A stretch of DNA of 63,675 nt, counting the filler, from Ministeria vibrans ATCC 50519 (Eukaryota; Protista; Filasterea), in assembly GCA_943704425.1 (NCBI GenBank). It is 5 parts of 5 records of this genome, joined end to end, with 100 filler letters (N's around TTAATTAATTAA, not from the genome) between each part and the next. Parts side by side here need not be neighbours in the genome. Positions count along the whole stretch, not along the records: positions 43,806 to 62,425 come from CALSCP010001809.1; positions 62,526 to 63,675 come from CALSCP010000399.1; 3 more parts are not named here. One strand, written 5' to 3'. Position numbers and translations under genes: made by a program. Under the pieces are notes generated by a model that was not told where the DNA came from, searched no databases, and saw only the letters and a program-made list of their open reading frames with translations. Position 1 is the first letter of the stretch. Each line of letters begins with the position of its first letter. Of the stretch, positions 60,492 to 63,675 are shown in pieces.

Positions 60492-61691
60492 ATGGGCATC
60501 GTCGAGCGGCAGTCTGTGGCAGACGCAGTGGAACAGTGGCGGGCCACACGGCGAACGACTGCCCGTGTGAAACGACCGCCAACAGTCGTGACACGACGAC
60601 AGGCTCGTGAAGCGCGTGCGCAACAAGAAGAAGCAAAGCAACAAGAGCAACAGCAGCGCGACACGGAAGAAAGAGGCTTGCAGCGGAAGCGACAGAGGAA
60701 GGCAGCAACGAAGGCGCGCAGACTTTTTGAGGGAGTGGGGCAAACTCAAGCGTCATGTCAAGCGTCATGGGAGGAGGAGGAGGAGGAACTCGGGTCGGAC
60801 CGCGGCTCACTCGTCTATGCTAGTGAAACACCAAGTGAAACACTAAGTGAGACACCAAGTGAGACACCGAGCAAGATGGACGAGGACGAATACGAAGGAG
60901 AGATGATGACGCCGTCGCATCGGCGTCGATGGGGTGAGCCAGCAACGCCTTATCGACAAAAAAGAGGAGAAGAAGCAGTGTCTGCTCGCCTTGCGCAGCC
61001 AATGCTTGTGACACAGAGTGAAACAGAAGACGAGAGGGACGAAACGGAAGAGACGGTGACACGACGATGGCACAGTCAGCTGCTTGCACTTGCCTCATAC
61101 CCGTGCGAGTCCACCATCAGCGACTCTCATCCGCTGTGCGACTCACTCAGTGAGTCTGATGGTGAGTTTCTTGCCGTTGCGCGTCTCATTGAACAGCGCA
61201 TCACCGACACACATGGCCACTACTCGCGCTATGTCTGCGAGCGAGTACTGAAGTTGTCACCTCCTCCACGTTCCCCTCCCTCCGCCTCTGCACGTCTCCT
61301 TTTCTTCTCCGCCGACCTCTCCACACTTGCACACGTTGCCAAAGTGCGCTCGTTTCCGTCAACGTTGCTTCAGTTCAATACGTCTTTGTGCGCAGCAGAC
61401 ACCCTATGGCGCACTCAACACCCGCACTTCACACACGGTCGCGCTCGGTCGCGTGTTCTTATTGCGACAGTCGACCCTCCTCGAGCGCATGTGATGCGCT
61501 GGAACGGCACACTGAGTCAGCTTAGAGCGGATCTGGTGGCTCGCCCTGCGCACTATCAATCGTGCGACGCAGTCCATTTGACACCACACACCGACAGCGC
61601 CGCGTCTGTGCTTGTTGTGCTCAATCCAAGTGTGTGTGTTCCGTCCTATCTCGTTGAGTATTCCTTTTATGTCTTTGAAGAGGACCTGTAA
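60492..61691 (+). CDS. Protein with acidic linker and degenerate PARP-like catalytic domain; true start probably in upstream exons (~60094)
   Basis: LSESDGEFLAVARLIEQRITDTH...YVCERVLKL...RLLFFS...LQFNTS...RSRVLIATV...CDAV...VLVVLNPSVCVPSYLVEY. Confidence 0.55.
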   Translation: MGIVERQSVADAVEQWRATRRTTARVKRPPTVVTRRQAREARAQQEEAKQQEQQQRDTEERGLQRKRQRKAATKARRLFEGVGQTQASCQASWEEEEEELGSDRGSLVYASETPSETLSETPSETPSKMDEDEYEGEMMTPSHRRRWGEPATPYRQKRGEEAVSARLAQPMLVTQSETEDERDETEETVTRRWHSQLLALASYPCESTISDSHPLCDSLSESDGEFLAVARLIEQRITDTHGHYSRYVCERVLKLSPPPRSPPSASARLLFFSADLSTLAHVAKVRSFPSTLLQFNTSLCAADTLWRTQHPHFTHGRARSRVLIATVDPPRAHVMRWNGTLSQLRADLVARPAHYQSCDAVHLTPHTDSAASVLVVLNPSVCVPSYLVEYSFYVFEEDL

Positions 61692-61749
61692 AATAATAAT
61701 AATAACAATACAATGATTTTTTTTTGGTACAATCATCATCAACTTGGGC

Positions 61750-62400
61750 GTTCACGGAGGCATGGCCGAGTCGCCTGCTTCGAAATTGGCTCGGGACGCA
61801 GCAAACATTTGCTGTTGCATAGCGACTGCCTCTTCATATGTCATTCCGTCGAGAGCCTAAGCACACTCGCACAGCACGAATGAAACAAAAGCAGTGGAGA
61901 GAAGAAGGGGTAGGGTGAGGGGTGTGTGTTACCGACTTCTTGCGTTCCCGACGCTCCTTTCGTCGATTCTGCTTCTCCTCCTTGAATTCGCTCGTGATGG
62001 AACCCACTTGCTCTTGGAAATCACTAAATCCCAGTGTCTGCGGCAAAAAGTGAGAAGCGCGTTGGCCGCAAAGCAAGGGCCTACCTCCAGGGCGGACGCT
62101 ACATGCTCCGGCTGGATCGTTTTCTTCTTGGACTTTTCGCAAACTTCGTTTGATTCAGTGCCGACCAGTTGGATAAACTCTATGGAGTGGAGTTTGTTTT
62201 GCAGCTCTCACACTGAGCCATGGGCGTACCGCTGCAGCAGGCAAGCGCAATCTCAATGGCATCTGCAGACACCTGCATGTGCGGGCACTCCTCCTTCATC
62301 CGGCGCGCTACAGAGGCTGTATGGTGCGTGTGGAAGTCCCTTTTCCTCTCGTCTCTCCAATCTTGTACCTTTCGGTAAGCTCAATTTCTCGGCACTCATC
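61750..62400 (-). CDS. DR1: Negative cofactor 2 beta (Dr1), histone-fold, multi-exon; ends approximate
   Basis: LSLPK|ASVARRMKEECPHMQVSADAIEIALACCS|EFIQLVGTESNEVCEKSKKKTIQPEHVASALE|TLGFSDF...|GMTYEEAVAMQQQMFAASR. Confidence 0.9.
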
Positions 62401-62425
62401 TGAAAAAAAAAAAAAAAAAAGGGGG

Positions 62426-62525
62426 NNNNNNNNNNNNNNNNNNNNNNNNNNNNNNNNNNNNNNNNNNNNTTAATTAATTAANNNNNNNNNNNNNNNNNNN
62501 NNNNNNNNNNNNNNNNNNNNNNNNN
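62426..62525. other. Artificial contig-joining spacer
   Basis: N44-TTAATTAATTAA-N44. Confidence 0.95.
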
Positions 62526-62925
62526 GGGTGCCCGGTGCAGAGTGGCTGTGTGCGTGGCAGCAACGACTGTTCAGGCTGGCTAGTCGAGCCTCTTGGCAAG
62601 AGCTCGTCCTTTGTCACTTGCGTCTTCAAAGTATCATCGTAGTAGACCATTGCTCGTTCTCCTTCTCACGCACACGCACGCACACACACACACTTTTTTT
62701 ATTTATCTCTTAGTTGGATCTCAAGGGAAACGTTGAAGACGACCAAATGATCTCTCTCACCAAAGAATTGCCAATGCTCGTCAACAAAGTACCATTTTCA
62801 CACCCACACACGCACTCCTCGTCTTTTCTTTACTCATTTATATCTGTTTATAGCTTCGCACTGTTTTGGCGGACGAAGAGAAAGCGGCACTGAAGAACGC
62901 GAAAAAGGGCGCAAAACCAGTGTAG
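62526..62925 (+). CDS. C-terminal fragment of a START-domain lipid-binding protein
   Basis: CPVQSGCVRGSNDCSGWLVEPLGKSSSFVTCVFK|LDLKGNVEDD...LPMLVNK|LRTVL...*. Confidence 0.65.
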
Positions 62926-63287
62926 TAAAGCAAACCCATTCAAATTTAATGGTAAACTTAACTATCGTCAACCAATTGAATCATTTTACTTATTCTTTTA
63001 TAGGGACAAGTATGAGAGTGTGAGAGAAGAGAGTTTGAGAGAGAGTATGAGAGAGAGTTTGAGAGAGTTTGAGAGAGAGAGTTTGAGAGAGAGAAGGAGA
63101 GTTTGAGAGTTTGAGAGAGAGAGGGAGAGTTAGAGTTTGAGAGAGTTTGAGAGAGAGAGTTTGAGAGAGTTTGAGAGAGAGAGTTTGAGAGAGTTTGAGA
63201 GAGAGTTTGAGAGAGAGAGTTTGAGAGAGTTTGAGAGAGTTTGAGAGAGAGTTTGAGAGAGAGTTTGAGAGAGAGTTTGAGAGAGAG

Positions 63288-63326
<39 letters not shown>

Positions 63327-63675
63327 TTTTGAATAAACAGCGACTAATCGTATTATTATTAAAACTAGCAATCATTGACTACGAGGAGTAATACGACTAC
63401 TACTAAAATAAATAAAAATAATTATTATTATTATTTTTAAGATGATTGTATTTTTCTCTCGAAAGCGTTTCGGAATCAAAGAAGACTAATAATTGCATGA
63501 TTGGCCAGAGTAGATCCTGTAATAGCCATGTTGGTCAAAAGGGCCAGTGCTCCACTGCTGGATGGCCGACTTATTGATACTATTTCCATTGGACAACTGG
63601 AGTAAGAGACTCACAATAATCTCTTTGGAGCTGTCGGGTGCGCTCTCACTACTCAGAAGGGCCACTTCTGCCTCA

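Noticed and set aside
63470-63675. Possible 3' end of a minus-strand gene at the window edge
   Set aside because: Too short and without recognisable motifs.

Overview
Eukaryotic, intron-rich, gene-dense DNA. A unicellular holozoan origin is my inference from the tyrosine kinase, adhesion-GPCR, SRCR/EGF, UBALD and MEST-like content. The window is not one locus: four 100-nt artificial spacers (N44-TTAATTAATTAA-N44) join five separate pieces (1-11099, 11200-29143, 29244-43705, 43806-62425, 62526-63675). The standout is missing from the supplied ORF track because it runs off the left edge without a stop. It is a minus-strand gene whose 7.7-kb uninterrupted exon (7703 to <1) encodes one polypeptide that is both an adhesion GPCR (GAIN/GPS + secretin-type 7TM) and an apparently intact tyrosine kinase (GKGNFG, VAVK, HRDLAARN, DFG). 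Its ectodomain has two EGFR/InsR-type receptor L domains, EGF arrays, a bacterial-type PKD+BspA/DUF285 module, a LamG-like domain and a ZU5-like domain, and a YGN-repeat linker lies between the 7TM and the kinase. A second giant receptor (47184-59847, minus) combines about 11 SRCR domains, about 30 EGF repeats, two cupredoxin domains (one with a complete type-1 copper ligand set, inserted inside an EGF repeat), a related ZU5-like domain and one TM helix. Housekeeping-type genes: copine, D-threonine-aldolase-like PLP enzyme, UBALD, kelch protein, TFIIH p62, SLC17, MEAF6, MEST-like hydrolase, AGPAT, DUF5672, NC2beta/DR1 and a START fragment. Other candidates: two pseudoenzymes (ERCC6L2-like, PARP-like), a split trypsin-like protease with a possible C-terminal toxin domain, a Crinkler-type kinase fragment and short dispersed repeat families. 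All calls come from manual translation and motif recognition; no searches were run.
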